NCBI GenBank assembly: GCA_026025075.1
Contig: JAPEUI010000014.1
Location: 1 to 64,000 of the forward strand
Length of the DNA stretch: 64,000 nucleotides
Origin: Vezdaea acicularis
Taxonomy: Eukaryota
Direction of reading: 5' to 3'
Shown: positions 24,674-37,600 of the stretch, in pieces
Numbering within the stretch: position 1 is the first letter of the stretch
How the letters are laid out: the number at the start of each line of letters is the position of its first letter
The notes under the pieces: model-generated
What the model was told of the DNA's origin: nothing
The model's input: the letters and a program-made list of their open reading frames with translations, nothing else
Databases searched by the model: none
Position numbers and translations under genes: made by a program

Positions 24674-27394
24674 ATGTTCAATCGTTTCAAAACTTCAAAT
24701 CGGTCGCACGCTTCGCTCCAATCCCAACCCCAGGAGCAGGGCGGCCAGGACTCCCCGCCAGTGGATTCTCCTTTACCATCGCCTAGACTTCATCAGCAAG
24801 GAGGCGCCCCGCGTTTTCACGAGGAGCAACAGCTACCTCCGCATCCCGACGATCAGCAGTATCAGTATCACTACCAAGAAAGCTTCGATCAGCCGGATCC
24901 AAACCGACAGCTCCAACAGGCCAATTTTCTACGTAGGTCGCAGAGCCAGCGAAGCCCGCAAATAGGCTACGCTCAACCAACCGTCGTAGTACCTCAGCGA
25001 GGTGCGGCTGAACCCATCGTTGAGACTTCCTATAATCCTCCTCCCGCGAACACCCAGTCGCAGCAGCCGGTCGAACCGCCTAAGAAATCGAAAAGAAGGT
25101 TTTTCGCAGGTCTGGGCCATTCACAGAGCTCGAGAGAAAGCAATCGAGCTAGCGTTGTTGAGCCCAGCCACCTTCAGCCTGGAACATCACAGCTAGGACG
25201 TAAAGTTTCAGTCCGACGACGAGATAACCAGCAGCTAGCTGCAAGACACGGACAAGCACAAGCAGCAGAGCAGGATAGTCCTACAGATTCAACTCAATAC
25301 TGGCAACCGTCTGCGCAAAGCTCAACGTCACAGCTGCAGGCCCCAGGCGAAAACGCACACAACGATCTCGATCCATTCCTCCAAACACAAGACGAATCCC
25401 CGTTGTCGCCTGTTGATGGTCACATTCAGCATCAGACATTACAATTGAACCCAGCGGAAGGTCAGCAATACCTCGGCAATCATCAACACAACAACATAGA
25501 CCCTAGGTACCACCATCCTCGGGAAGAAGATTTGGAATACGATTCACCTCAGCAGGGGGCCGCATTTGATCCTCTCATGCGAAACTCCCATCTTCAAACA
25601 ACAGACCCAAGTGGGCAATACCAAGCCTATCGTCGACCAAGTTCGTCAGGCAGCGCCAACGTACCGCCGGAGCTCATCAATCCATACCAAGACCCTTCGG
25701 CTCAGCAGGGTGGCTCATCGCAGCCGTACTCTGGACAGCCGCAACCACCAGGGTATCAGGCTTACAACCCTCAGCCGCAAACTCAGAACCAGAGAGTGTC
25801 CGTTCAAGGAGCGGCCCCTCAACAAGGTCACGCGGCAATGGCACCACCGCCCGCAGTTGATGGGAAGCTCCGCCGTTCCCAAGAAACACAGCAAAGCAAT
25901 GGACAGGGCCAGCCTCGAGATGGACCCGGCCTAGTTTCCTACGGACAACGAGGCCAGATCCAAATGCAGCAGAGCCAGCCTCCAACTCCGAACGCCTCTG
26001 GGTACCCTCCGCCGCCACCCCCAGGTCAGCAGAATCAAGCTTATCAAGGTGGGCCTCCGCAACAACAACAGCAGCAGCAGCAGCAGGGCCAATCAGGTGT
26101 TAGTGAATTGGGAAGAAGCACTCCACCACTTGGAAGAGGACCAAACGATTCCAATATAGATATTACTACCGTTTTACAGGATAAAGAAACCTTGCGTAAG
26201 TGATGATGAGGATCAACTGAGTTTGGCGTCCACTGACTATCATCGACAGAGGCTAAATACAGTAAAGTCAAGAAGCTATACTTCGAAAAGAATTCACAGG
26301 TTGAGCAGCTTCAAAACACGCTCGCTAACCAGAGACTCTCCCAATCTCGTACGTCGCTGGATGACAGCGAGTATTCTAGCCGATTCGGACGTCTCGATGG
26401 AAATATCAAAAATCTCGCCTTCCACATTCGGACCGAATGGAAAGCTGTCCCTCCCTGGCTCCAGCCCTACGTGAACCAAGATGCTCATATCAAAGGTACT
26501 AAAGAGATGACTGCAGTTGGTAGAGCGGCCATCTCGCGCTGGATTGTAGACGAGATTCTGGACTGTCACTTCCATCCGGGCCTTGATCCTTCATTCAGCA
26601 CCCAATTAAAGATTGTGGAAAAGAATCTCCGAAGATACGCCCCCCCAATACATAGCACTGAAGAAGAGGATGCTTTGATGGCGAAGATTGCGAACTGGCG
26701 GTTGACTACACTTGATGGCCTTCACGAATCGCTCACCTCGCCTCAAGCACAGGAGAATAAGATCAACCTTACGAATCATCTCGCCGAAAAGTTGACTGCT
26801 AATCTCCAGATGAACCTGAAAGAGCCATCCCCACCAGGTCTCGAGGAGAGTGTGAGGATGATTGTAGAATCTGCAGTTGGGATCGCTGCCAATCTACCCA
26901 CTGAAAGTCGAGATGTGTGTGTCGTTTACTTCCTGCCAGGCACGCCCATAAACTTGGATCACATGAAGGTTGAGACTGGGCTACCTCCTCTGACAAACCC
27001 TGGCACTGGGGTAGAGGGCCCTGAGTCAGAGAAGACTTTCAACCCTGAAACGGAGAGCCAATTGAGTGATCAGCGCGATCAGGGCGACAACGATAGTGCA
27101 AGTATCAAAGAGCAGGGCAAGAAAAAGGGCATGATTGGCAATCTTATGGGTCATGGCCATGTTCATGGTAACAATCACAAGAAAACCGCCTCCGGACAAC
27201 CCACAGAGACGATGCAGAAAGCCGGGTCCCAAGTATCCCTTCCCCCCCCACCACCACAGCAGCCTGGAACACAGGGCCAAGGCAGCATAAGGGAGGGGAT
27301 GCAAGACATTCAACGCGTACGGATGGCTGCCTTCTTAGCAGTAGAAATTAGGGGGAAGTTGATTTTGATGAAGGCACCTGTTTGGGCGACATAG
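24674..27394 (+). CDS. Fungal hypothetical protein with a Gln/Pro-rich N-half and an ordered-looking C-half
   Basis: 509-aa ORF spliced (intron about 26196-26250) to AKYSKVKKLYFEK...SRTSLDDSEYSSRFGRLDG...IANWRLTTLDGL. Confidence 0.85.
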
Positions 27395-28079
27395 CCTCAA
27401 GATTTTTCCATTCCGCTTTGAGCCCTGATCATCCGAGCAGTCTAACGATTTCTACGTGCTCCTACACTCTTTAGGTCTCATTTGTCAATTCAACCTCCTT
27501 ACATCGTTTCTATTCTTTATTTTTCTTGCTATCGCCCGAAGCTATGTACAGGGTGTCGGCATTGCAGTGATCAGGCTCCGTAGATACCAAAGGAGGGAGA
27601 CGCCTCTTCTTAGAAATTCCCGCTTCACTTTTCGTGTGCAGATAATCTATATAGAGCAAGTAAAAGTATACCTCATTCAAGAATCGCAGAGGCAGATGAA
27701 ATGGATGTTATGACAAGATAACAACAAACGCCCAAAGGCCCTAACAGAGTTTCTTCATCGCGCCTTTTATCGACATCATGTTGCAGGCATATGCGGGACC
27801 TCGGCAAGTCCCGCAACATCAAAAGAACTGTCCCAATATACGTCTCTTGCAGAGGCACTTCATATTTTGCCGTTGGCTCATGGGCTCTGATTTTAGGGAT
27901 GGTTCCCATCCTTTTGTTTTCTATGCCAAAAGTCCTCAGGACTCTGAATGAAGATAAAAATTCTAATCGCTGTTTCGTCAAGTGCATCGAGGTCTTTGCC
28001 GCGAACATCAAAAGCTGATCGCCGCCGTTGTCAGAAGCCAAAAGAGGAATAAGTGATTCAGCCTCTGATAAACTTCACT

Positions 28080-31000
28080 ATGGCGGAGGATAATCCGGAG
28101 CTCCAAGCTAGACTCGAGGAGCTTGATCATGAGCTTGCCGTCAGTGTCCCTTATGCCTGCCCTACACAACGCGTTTATTGCATGAAACTCCTCCAGAAAG
28201 AATACTTACAATGGGTACTGACTCCCGACATAGGAAGGCGACATCACAGAAAAGGGGTTCGTTTAGGTCTCCATAACACCTTGCCCGCAAAAATATATTA
28301 AACACTCTCGTTCTACTCTTCGCGTTGTAACTCAGCTTATACAAAATGGCTTACCTCAATTTTTCTTAAAGGTACAACAAACGTCGAACGGTTCTTTTAT
28401 CGCAATATCTAGCTGCACCTCCAATTGGCCAAGGCCAGGGTGGTTTGCGGGTACACTCGCCAGCGGATACACTACATCCCACGAACGACGGGTCCAGAAC
28501 TGCCTCCCTAGCAGCTCTCAATGCGCGCTCCGGTAGCAACTCGCCTCAACCGCCCAGATCTCCAGGTGCTCTATCGTCCTCTTTAGCAGACAGGAGGTCG
28601 GCGGCAGGATCTGGTATATCTGGCGACTATGGCGGAAGTCATATAAGGGACGAGTATAGTACACAAGGCGGGGGCTTTCATGGGCGGCAATTAGACATCC
28701 CAGACCCAAGGATGCAACGCCAATCCTCCAATATCCGTCACCATGATTCACTGTTCCTTCCCGACTCAGGTAGCCAAAATATATCTCAAGAGCCTACCAT
28801 GACAATGAGTGGAGATTACGCTTTCAATCCTGAGCGCCAAGGCGGATACAATACTCAAGGGTCTGTCAGGCAACCCATTGAAGATCAAAGTCGGCAAAGT
28901 ACTCTACTAGAGTCGCAACAGGGCTATTTCTCGGATTTCACGGATCAGCAAGGTTACCAAGCTGGACCTGAAAGCTATGGCGGAGGCCCTCATCGATATA
29001 GCGACGCCTTCTCACCAACAGCGGCTATGGCCCCGCCAATGCTGAAACCAAGCGATCTGCCTTCCCCTGGACAGGTAAATCATTTGATGCCCCTTGAGCC
29101 TCGAGACGTGCCTTTCGCGGTATACGATCCTCACAATGCGAACCTACCTATGTCAAAATTCGATAACATTGGGGCCGTACTTCGACATCGAGCTCGTCAC
29201 AATACTAAGCAACCTGCTTTTTGGGTCTTGGACTTGAAGGGGAGGGAAACAGCGTCAATTACCTGGGAAAAGCTCGCAAGTCGGGCCGAAAAAGTTGCTC
29301 AAGTCATCAGAGATAAGAGTAATCTGTATAAAGGAGACAGGGTGGCATTAATATACCGGGATACCGAACTGATAGAATTTGCTGTAGCTTTGTTAGGTTG
29401 TTTCATTGCAGGGGTCGTGGCGGTGCCTCTTAATGAGGTTGACGACTACAGTAAACTGAACGTCATTCTCACATCGACCCAAGCCCATCTCGCGTTGACG
29501 ACCGATAATAACCTCAAGGCTTTTCAGAGAGACATTACTAGCCAAAAACTCAACTGGCCTCGTGGCGTTGAATGGTGGAAAACAAATGAGTTTGGAAGTT
29601 ATCATCCAAAAAAGAAGGATGAGATCTCACCACTCGTTGTACCGGATCTAGCATACATTGAGTTTACGAGAGCTCCTACAGGGGATCTCAGAGGTGTAGT
29701 GATGAGCCATCGAACGATCATGCACCAAATGGCTTGCCTCAGCGCGATTATCTCTACCGTTCCTACCGACGATGATGCTACGGCTGGTCTGAACTCCGGT
29801 GGCCTTAGGGATCGAAATGGAAAGCTCCTTACTGCTGCTGGCTCAGGGGAGACTATCTTGAGCTACTTAGATCCTAGGCAGGGAATAGGTATGATCCTAG
29901 GCATTCTCCTCAGTGTATACGGAGGCCATACTATGACCTGGATGGAGCCGAAAACTGTGGAGACTCCTGGTCTCTATGCACACCTCATCACAAAATACAA
30001 AACAACGTTGATGGTAGCAGAATACCCAGGGTTAAAACACGCGGCGTATAATTATCAGAAAGACCCCTTGACAACGCGGAACTTCAAGAAAAACGTCGAA
30101 CCAAACTTTTCAACCGTAAAACTTTGTTTGATCGACACTTTGACCGTCGATGCTGAATTTCATGAGATCTTAGCTGACAGATGGTTCAAGCCGATGAGAA
30201 ACCCAAGGGCCCAAGACGTCGTGGCACCAATGCTATGCCTGCCCGAGTATGGCGGTATGGTGATCAGCTTGCGAGATTGGCTTGGTGGTGAAGAGCACAT
30301 GGGCACGATCCTTAAGCTAGATCTAGAGGATGACGATGACGATGAAGCTGCAGCGCAAACGACGCCAGCAAGTCAGAATGGATACGGCAGTCTAATCGGC
30401 GGCCAAAGCAGCAAAATGACCGCAAAGAAGGGGCGGGCTGAACTAATGGAAGTTCTGCTAGACAGAGAGTCGTTGAAAGTGAACGAAGTTATCGTCCTCG
30501 CGAAAGGGAAAGAAGCCAATAGGCGGGCAAACGAGCCGGGTGCTATTAGGGTTGGTGCCTTTGGATACCCCATACCAGATGCTACGCTTGCGATAGTGGA
30601 CCCGGAAACTTGCCTTCTGGCTCCTCCTTATGTAGTTGGTGAGATCTGGGTTGATTCACCCTCATTGTCTGGAGGCTTTTGGGCACTTCCGAAACATACC
30701 GAGTCCATCTTCCATGCGCGTCCGTATCGGTTCGTAGAAGGCAACCCGACACCTGTCGTTGTCGAACCAGAGTTCCTCAGGACAGGCTTGCTTGGAACCG
30801 TGATAGAGGGCAAGATCTTCGTTTTAGGGCTTTACGAGGATCGATTGCGCCAAAGGGTTGAGTGGGTTGAGCGAGGGATGGAGGCTACGGAGTATCGGTA
30901 CTTCTTCGTTCAGCACCTTATCGTCACTATTATGAAGAATGTCGGAATGACCTACGACTGGTAAGTTATACCGGCCACTGAAGCTACAAGAAACAGGGTT

Positions 31001-34000
31001 TTGACATAGTCATCTAGTTCGGCGTTTGATGTTTTCGTAAATGACGAGCATCTCCCTATAATCCTTCTTGAATCACAAGCTGCTTCGACTCAGCCAGTGC
31101 CTGGAGGGGTCGCACGCCAGCTTGACAACACGGTCCTAGATGGACTTTCCGAACGTTGTATGGAGGTCCTTTACCAAGTGCACCATCTTCGCGTTTACTG
31201 TGTCATGATCACAGCTCCCAACACCCTTCCTCGCGCCACTAAGAATGGCAGGCGACAAATTGGCAATATGCTTTGTCGGAAGCAGTTCGATGAAGGCGGC
31301 CTGGCATGCGTTCATGTCAAGTTTGGCATCGAGCGAGCCGTGCTAAACATCCCGATTGGAGTCGATCCCATCGGCGGCATTTGGTCTCCCACTTCTGCAC
31401 GTGCTCGGGAAGAATATCTGCTTATGAATGATAAGCAATATTCAGGCGTTGATCACCGTGAAGTGGTCATTGATGATCGAACATCAACCCCCCTTAACAA
31501 CTTTTTCAGCATTGTTGACCTACTGCAATGGAGAACGACTCGTCAGACTGAAGAGCTCGCATATTGCACCGTTGATGGCCGTGGTAAAGAAGGTAAAGGT
31601 GTTACATGGAAGAAGCTTGATCTAAAGATCGCCGCAGTAGCTACTTATCTGAAGAATAAAGTGAAGGTGAAGGCAGGAGATCACATTATTCTCATGTATA
31701 CACACTCGGAGGATTTTGTCTGGGCAGTCCATGCATGCTTCTGCCTCGGCGTGGTTGCAATACCCATCGCTCCACTCGACCAAAACCGCCTTGCAGAAGA
31801 TGTGCCTGCCTTCCTGAACATGGTCAAAGACTTCCGCGTCAAGGCAATCCTTGTTAACTCCGACGTCGATCACCTCCTGAAACAGAAGCCTGTCTCGTCT
31901 CATATCAAGCAATCGGCCGCGGTCTTAAAAATTACCGTGCCGGGGTTTTACAGTACTGCAAAACCCACTAAGGCAGTAAATAGCTGTCAAAATTTGGGAT
32001 ACACCGTAAAGCCTGAATGGATCAAATCAGGCTATCCCGTGCTGATATGGACATACTGGACACCTGATCAGCGCAGAATAGCCGTTCAGCTTGGTCACGA
32101 CACAATCATGGGGACATGCAAAGTGCAGAAAGAAACATGTCAAATGACCAGTTCGCGCCCAGTCTTAGGTTGTGTGCGAAGTACCAGTGGGCTTGGTTTC
32201 ATACATACTTGTTTGATGGGCATTTTCGTTGGTAGGATCCCCGCCTCCACGCACATCTTATGTCAGCCACTAAAGTCTACTAGGCGCTCCTACCTACCTT
32301 GTCTCTCCTGTCGATTTCGCTGGTAATCCCTTATCTCTCTTCTTAACATTGTCCCGGTACAATGTCAAGGATACATACGCGACTAGTCAAATGTTGGATC
32401 ATGCGATGAACATGATGCCTGGGAAAGGTTTTAATCTTCAGGAGTTGAAGAACCTTATGATATCTACGGACGGGCGTCCTAGGGTTGACGTTTGTGAGTG
32501 ACCTTTATCCCTGAGGCTGGATGGGTTATGCTCAGTATTTACGCAGTCCAAAAAGTTCGGCAACATTTCGCCCAGACCGGGCTTGATCGGACTGCCATTA
32601 ACACAATATATTCTCACGTTCTCAATCCGATGGTCGCATCTCGATCTTACATGTGTATCGAGCCAATTGAACTATGGTTAGATACTAAAGCCTTGAGGAA
32701 AGGCTTCATCCATCCGGTGGATCCCGATACAGACAAGACAGCCCTTTTGATTCAAGATTCGGGCATGGTTCCAGTATCGACTCAGATCGCGATTGTCAAC
32801 CCGGAGACTTGCCGTCTTTGTCACATTGGAGAATATGGGGAGATCTGGGTCGACTCAGATGCTTGTGTGAGAGCATTCTACGGATCAAAAGATGCTTTCG
32901 ATAACGAGAGATTCAATGGGAGAACTGCTGACGGAGATCCTAATATCACATATGTGAGGACAGGAGATCTGGGCTTCTTGCATAATGTTAGCAGACCTAT
33001 TGGTCCCAATGGTGCGCTAGTGGAGATGCAGATCCTCTTTGTGCTTGGAGGTATTGGCGAGACTTTCGAGGTCCACGGACTTAGCCACTTTCCCATGGAT
33101 ATTGAATACTCTGTCGAACGCGCGCATCGAAATATATGCCCTGGTGGATCGTAAGTGACTAGTTTCATTTTAGCCTGAGGGTCAGCTAACCCTTCTAGTG
33201 CCATCTTCCAAGCAGGCGGGCTCATCGTCCTAGTCGTCGAGGTCTTTCGACGCGCCTACCTTGCTTCTATTGTTCCGATCCTCGTCAATCAGATACTAAA
33301 CGAGCACCAACTCATTGTCGACATCGTCTCCTTCGTCAGCAAAGGCGATTTCCCCCGCTCCCGTCTCGGCGAGAAGCAGCGCGGCAAAATCCTTGGCTCG
33401 TGGGTAATGCGTAAGCTGAACACCATAGCGCAATTCGCTGTCCGTGACGTCGATGATTCCGAACAAATCGCGGAGGGCGTCGAGCCGACCCTCCGCGGCG
33501 AAACAATGGGTAGTATGGCTTCCAGTGGCCTCCGCAACGTCGAGAGCTCTCCAGCACTTATCCAGCAGCAACAACAAAACCTGCGCAACAGCGAGTCGTC
33601 GCCCCCAGAAAAGACGTACAGCGCCTATGATACGCTTCCGACCGGCATCTCGGAGATGCCTGCCGACTACGACGATATTCTCGTCAACAGCCCAGACGAG
33701 AATACACCCACGAACGCCGCTATGGGCTCACATTTCGGGCTCACCTCTAACGTCGACAACAACAACCTCTACAACCACAACCCAGACCAAAAATTAGACT
33801 ACAACGCCTACCCCGACATCTCGTCCGCGCACGCGCAGCAACACCCCTTCCGCGCCCCCTCCCCCTCCGATATAGACGAATCCTCCACCTCAACCGCGCG
33901 CCAAGACCCTCCCTCACGGCATCGTCCCCCGCAGCTGAACCTCCCACCACAGCCAAGTTTGGGCGGCTTGATGGATGCCACACCGTGGGCTGCGCAACAG

Positions 34001-34201
34001 CAGCAACAGCAACAGCAGCTCCCGCCACAGCCACCGCCTAGGGCGCCAGGAAGTCAGCTCCGCGCCGTCAATTCGACGCCACAGGATGAGATCGATTGGC
34101 CCACCGAGGCCATCATGCATATGAATCTCGCAGGGGGGGATGTCAGGGCCCTCCCTAGTCCGAGTGGGAGGGAGATGGGGGAGCATGCCCCACCGAGATG
34201 A
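28080..34201 (+). CDS. CPS1: CPS1 / DIP2-family protein (DMAP1-binding domain plus two adenylation-like domains)
   Basis: ELDHELA|EGDITEKG|YNKRR DMAP1-binding motif. Two AMP-binding-like domains: LAYIEFTRAPTGDLRGV, GEIWV and FLRTGLLG; then GEIWV and YVRTGDLGF. Six introns. Confidence 0.92.
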
Positions 34202-34662
34202 GGAGGAATCTGGAGAATAAACCGTTCGATCAAAGAAGTTGGGGAAGGAGAGTTCTCTTTGTTCATAGCCTGCTACGTCTATTTGGTCCGTGCAAACCTT
34301 CTCATGTTGTGCATAAGGTCTCGATCGCAACCGCCCCAAATTTAAATCAGTCTCATGCATTAGGAAGGATTGGGTTCTGTAGTTTAGGCAATCGCATGTG
34401 GTACTACATTTCACGAGAAGCTGTGCATCAGGGGCTCTGCTTAATCGGGAGTTCATGACTACATTAACTATCGTATTTTGGAAAAGCGCCATCATGCTAA
34501 CGCTGGTCACTACACACAAGCGTGAACAGCGACTCCCTCCCCCTATAAATACAAGCTAGGCTCAAACCACCCCTCCCCCCGGGAATCCAGAGCTCGCGCC
34601 CCCAATATATATGCACAGAGAAAAAAAACCAACCCCCCTTGTCTACCTAAGTGCATGCACTC

Positions 34663-37600
34663 TTATCGACGCACGGCCTCCAACGCGGCGTTCAGCGGGA
34701 CGACTCGTAAGCTGGGACTGCGCTTAGGCAAGAAGGTCGTCATCGTGTGGCTATCCTGCCACTTACGGAACAGGGCCTTGAAGTCCTTGGGGATACCTTC
34801 GAGTACGACGGTGCTGACCGGGACGAAGGGCCGGTCTTCCATGGAGGCGGCGAGGATGCCGTATTCCTGCGCGAAGTGCAGTGCGCTCTGGAACTCGGCG
34901 TATTTGGATTGCGAGTGTGCTCCGACGACGCTGTTAGGGGGGGGAGTATCAGTCGGAGTTCATTGGTGGGGAGGTCTAGGGGTGGAGGTGGACAGGCTGG
35001 GGTGGGTGTGGGGTGGGGTTAGTTGTTTTAGAGTGGAAACACTCACATGTAGATCTCAAAGAAGGCATCGACGACGTAGATCCCAGTCTTCTCCAGGTCG
35101 GTTTGGCAGAAGGGACTTATTTCAGTGACCTGGGGGGCGGGTGAGCCGAGCGCGGCGGCGACAGACCGCAGAGTAGTAGCGAAATAGCTCACCTTGGACC
35201 TCGCATTGTGGCCGATAAAGAAGAGCCTGACTGCATAGTTGTCATAGCTTGCTTTGAGTCTCCAGTGGTCTGCGGACTTTGAGATCGAGCGTGGATACCC
35301 GGGCCCGAAGACGTCGAAGAAACCCGAGGGCTCGTGGCCTTCGTCAACCTCGTCGATGTCGGGCGAGAGACCCAGGTCCATGCCGATCAGACGCGCGCAG
35401 CCGAGCTCGTCAGCGCCGCTACCTTTCCCTTTCCAAAGATATAGCTTGCCAGTTTTCGAGGAGACGATGTAGGGGAAGCCTGAGCAGAAGTTGTTGGGCG
35501 ACAGGTCTACCTCGTCAAAGGCTATTTGGCCTACGTATCGTCGCCCGCAGAGCATATAGGATGATTGTACGTTGGCTTTATTGCTCGATCCACGCCTCGT
35601 GATGACGATTCCGCCAAGGGCCTGAAAGAAATTGGACGTCTCTTTGCCTTGCTTGAAGCTGATGAATCTGCCATTGAATTCTTTAGCGACTTTCTTGCAG
35701 AAGATTTGTGCGTCCTCCACAGCAGCCTCGGTTACACCATCACCTGCCCATAAGTAGACTTCTGTAGTTCTTGTACCGTTTGCAGCTCCAAATATGTGCG
35801 TGCAGAGATACATGTGATCCTCGAAAAGAATATGTTCTTGGTTTGCTGGCACTGGCTCTCGCTTGCCATCACCGCTGACTTGCCATATCTGCTTACGAAG
35901 AGTTTTGATTTTCTCCGGCTCGCCAGGTCTGGATGAGAGAATTGCGGCCGTGTCGATGTCCTTGGTATGCTCTATATCGGAGTGGTCTCCAAAGAAGTTT
36001 GCCAGAAGGAGGGATGCTTCCGTAGCCTTTGGAAATGGTGAATCCGGCAATGGTTTTGGCGATAGCTCTTTCCTTGATCCAGGGCTAAGCGTGAGGGGAG
36101 AAGCCTTCTGCGCACTTTTCGGCGACAGACCCGCTCTTGGTGGCGGTATATTTGTGTTCAGCATTGGGGGTGATGGTAGCTCCTTGTTCAATAGCATCGG
36201 AGACTTCGGTCTGCCAGGCAGATTTTGCACGCCAAGCCCAATGGGTACTTCCATTGATGAAACGGCAGAATCACGAAGGCCGGCGTTTTGATGAGCAAGT
36301 TCTTCGTCTCTTCTCGTGGGCAGTTTGATAGGTGACCTCGACCTGGTGGACTCTGTAGGCTCGGAAGACTTATGAACCCAGTCTGCAGCGGCATCCTTGA
36401 CCGAGACGAGCGGCTCTTCCTCGGCTGGAGGTACTTCAGCCTTGGGCGCGCTTGGTGTGGGAGATTTCTTATAGACTTCAGGCTTAAGTGAGTCGGCGGC
36501 ATGTAGGGGAGAATTGGTCGGCTTTTTTGTAATTGGTTGTGGTCTAGGACCAGAAAGGGAGGTTTTAGGAAGCGTGTTTAGCGTACTCCTATCTATTTCT
36601 GGAGAGGGCCTTGGCGCAGCAGAGGGCTGTTTTGGCGAAAATGTCGACGTTGGTAGCGTGTCATTACTTGATCTCGGCTTCTCTGGCAAATTTCCAGTTA
36701 TTGGCTTGTCGACTCTGGCTTTAGGAACTGGCTTAGGGGCATCTAGAGCGTTCAAAAGTGCGTTCAGGCCACGAACGGGACCCTTTTGGGGCTTTTTGGG
36801 TGCCTCAGGAACAGGAGATACCATCGATTTCGGAATGACTGATTCAGTCCCAGCGGTCGTCGACGAGTTCGTTTTCTTTGAATGCAATTCTTCTGCATTA
36901 GATTCCTGCGAGACCTTTTCAGGTATTACTGAGGAGTCTGGGCGAGGGACTTCAGCAGTGTGCAGGAGCTTGGCAGGAGCATCCATATCCACAATTGAGG
37001 GAGGGGGACGAGGTTTGCTATCATTTTTGGCTGGTGCACGCCTCTTCGGGCCTTTCGCTCGGCCCTTAGTCATATGAACCAATGGTGCACCGGAAGCGAC
37101 GTCTTCAGCCTGACTAGAACTTAGAGAATCCTTTGCAGGAGTGACAGAATCAACAGAACGGTCTGTATCCTTTGGGGTCGTTGCTGAAGGCGGGCCGCGT
37201 GCTAAAAGATTGGCAAGGGCGGGATTGTATCTGCCGGCAAGTTTTGCTCCAGGCCCGTTCTCTTTTGGGAGAACACTGGATTTATCGGATGGCCTAACAT
37301 CTGGATTGAATCCTTGCCTCGCCTCAAGCTCGGGCTCCCTTCGTAATGGCGTCGCAACAGATCCGTTCCCGCCTCCCAATGTTTTCATATTGGTTTCAAT
37401 GCCCGAATTTGGAAGCGATCGTAGTTTCGCAATTGGTTCAGGTACCATCTCTGATTTTTTAGGAACGCTAAACGCAGACTCTTTCTTAGGAGCTGTAGGA
37501 AGATCTTCTCCAGTGGCTTTAGCTTTCATGTTTTCCTTCTGCTTTAGGATGCTCTCTTTGAATTCATCTTTCCTTTCAGTCTTCTTTGGGCCGCCGGTAT

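Noticed and set aside
28445..33400. CPS1 as the NRPS core of a secondary-metabolite cluster
   Set aside because: No condensation or thiolation domains, and the neighbours are housekeeping genes.
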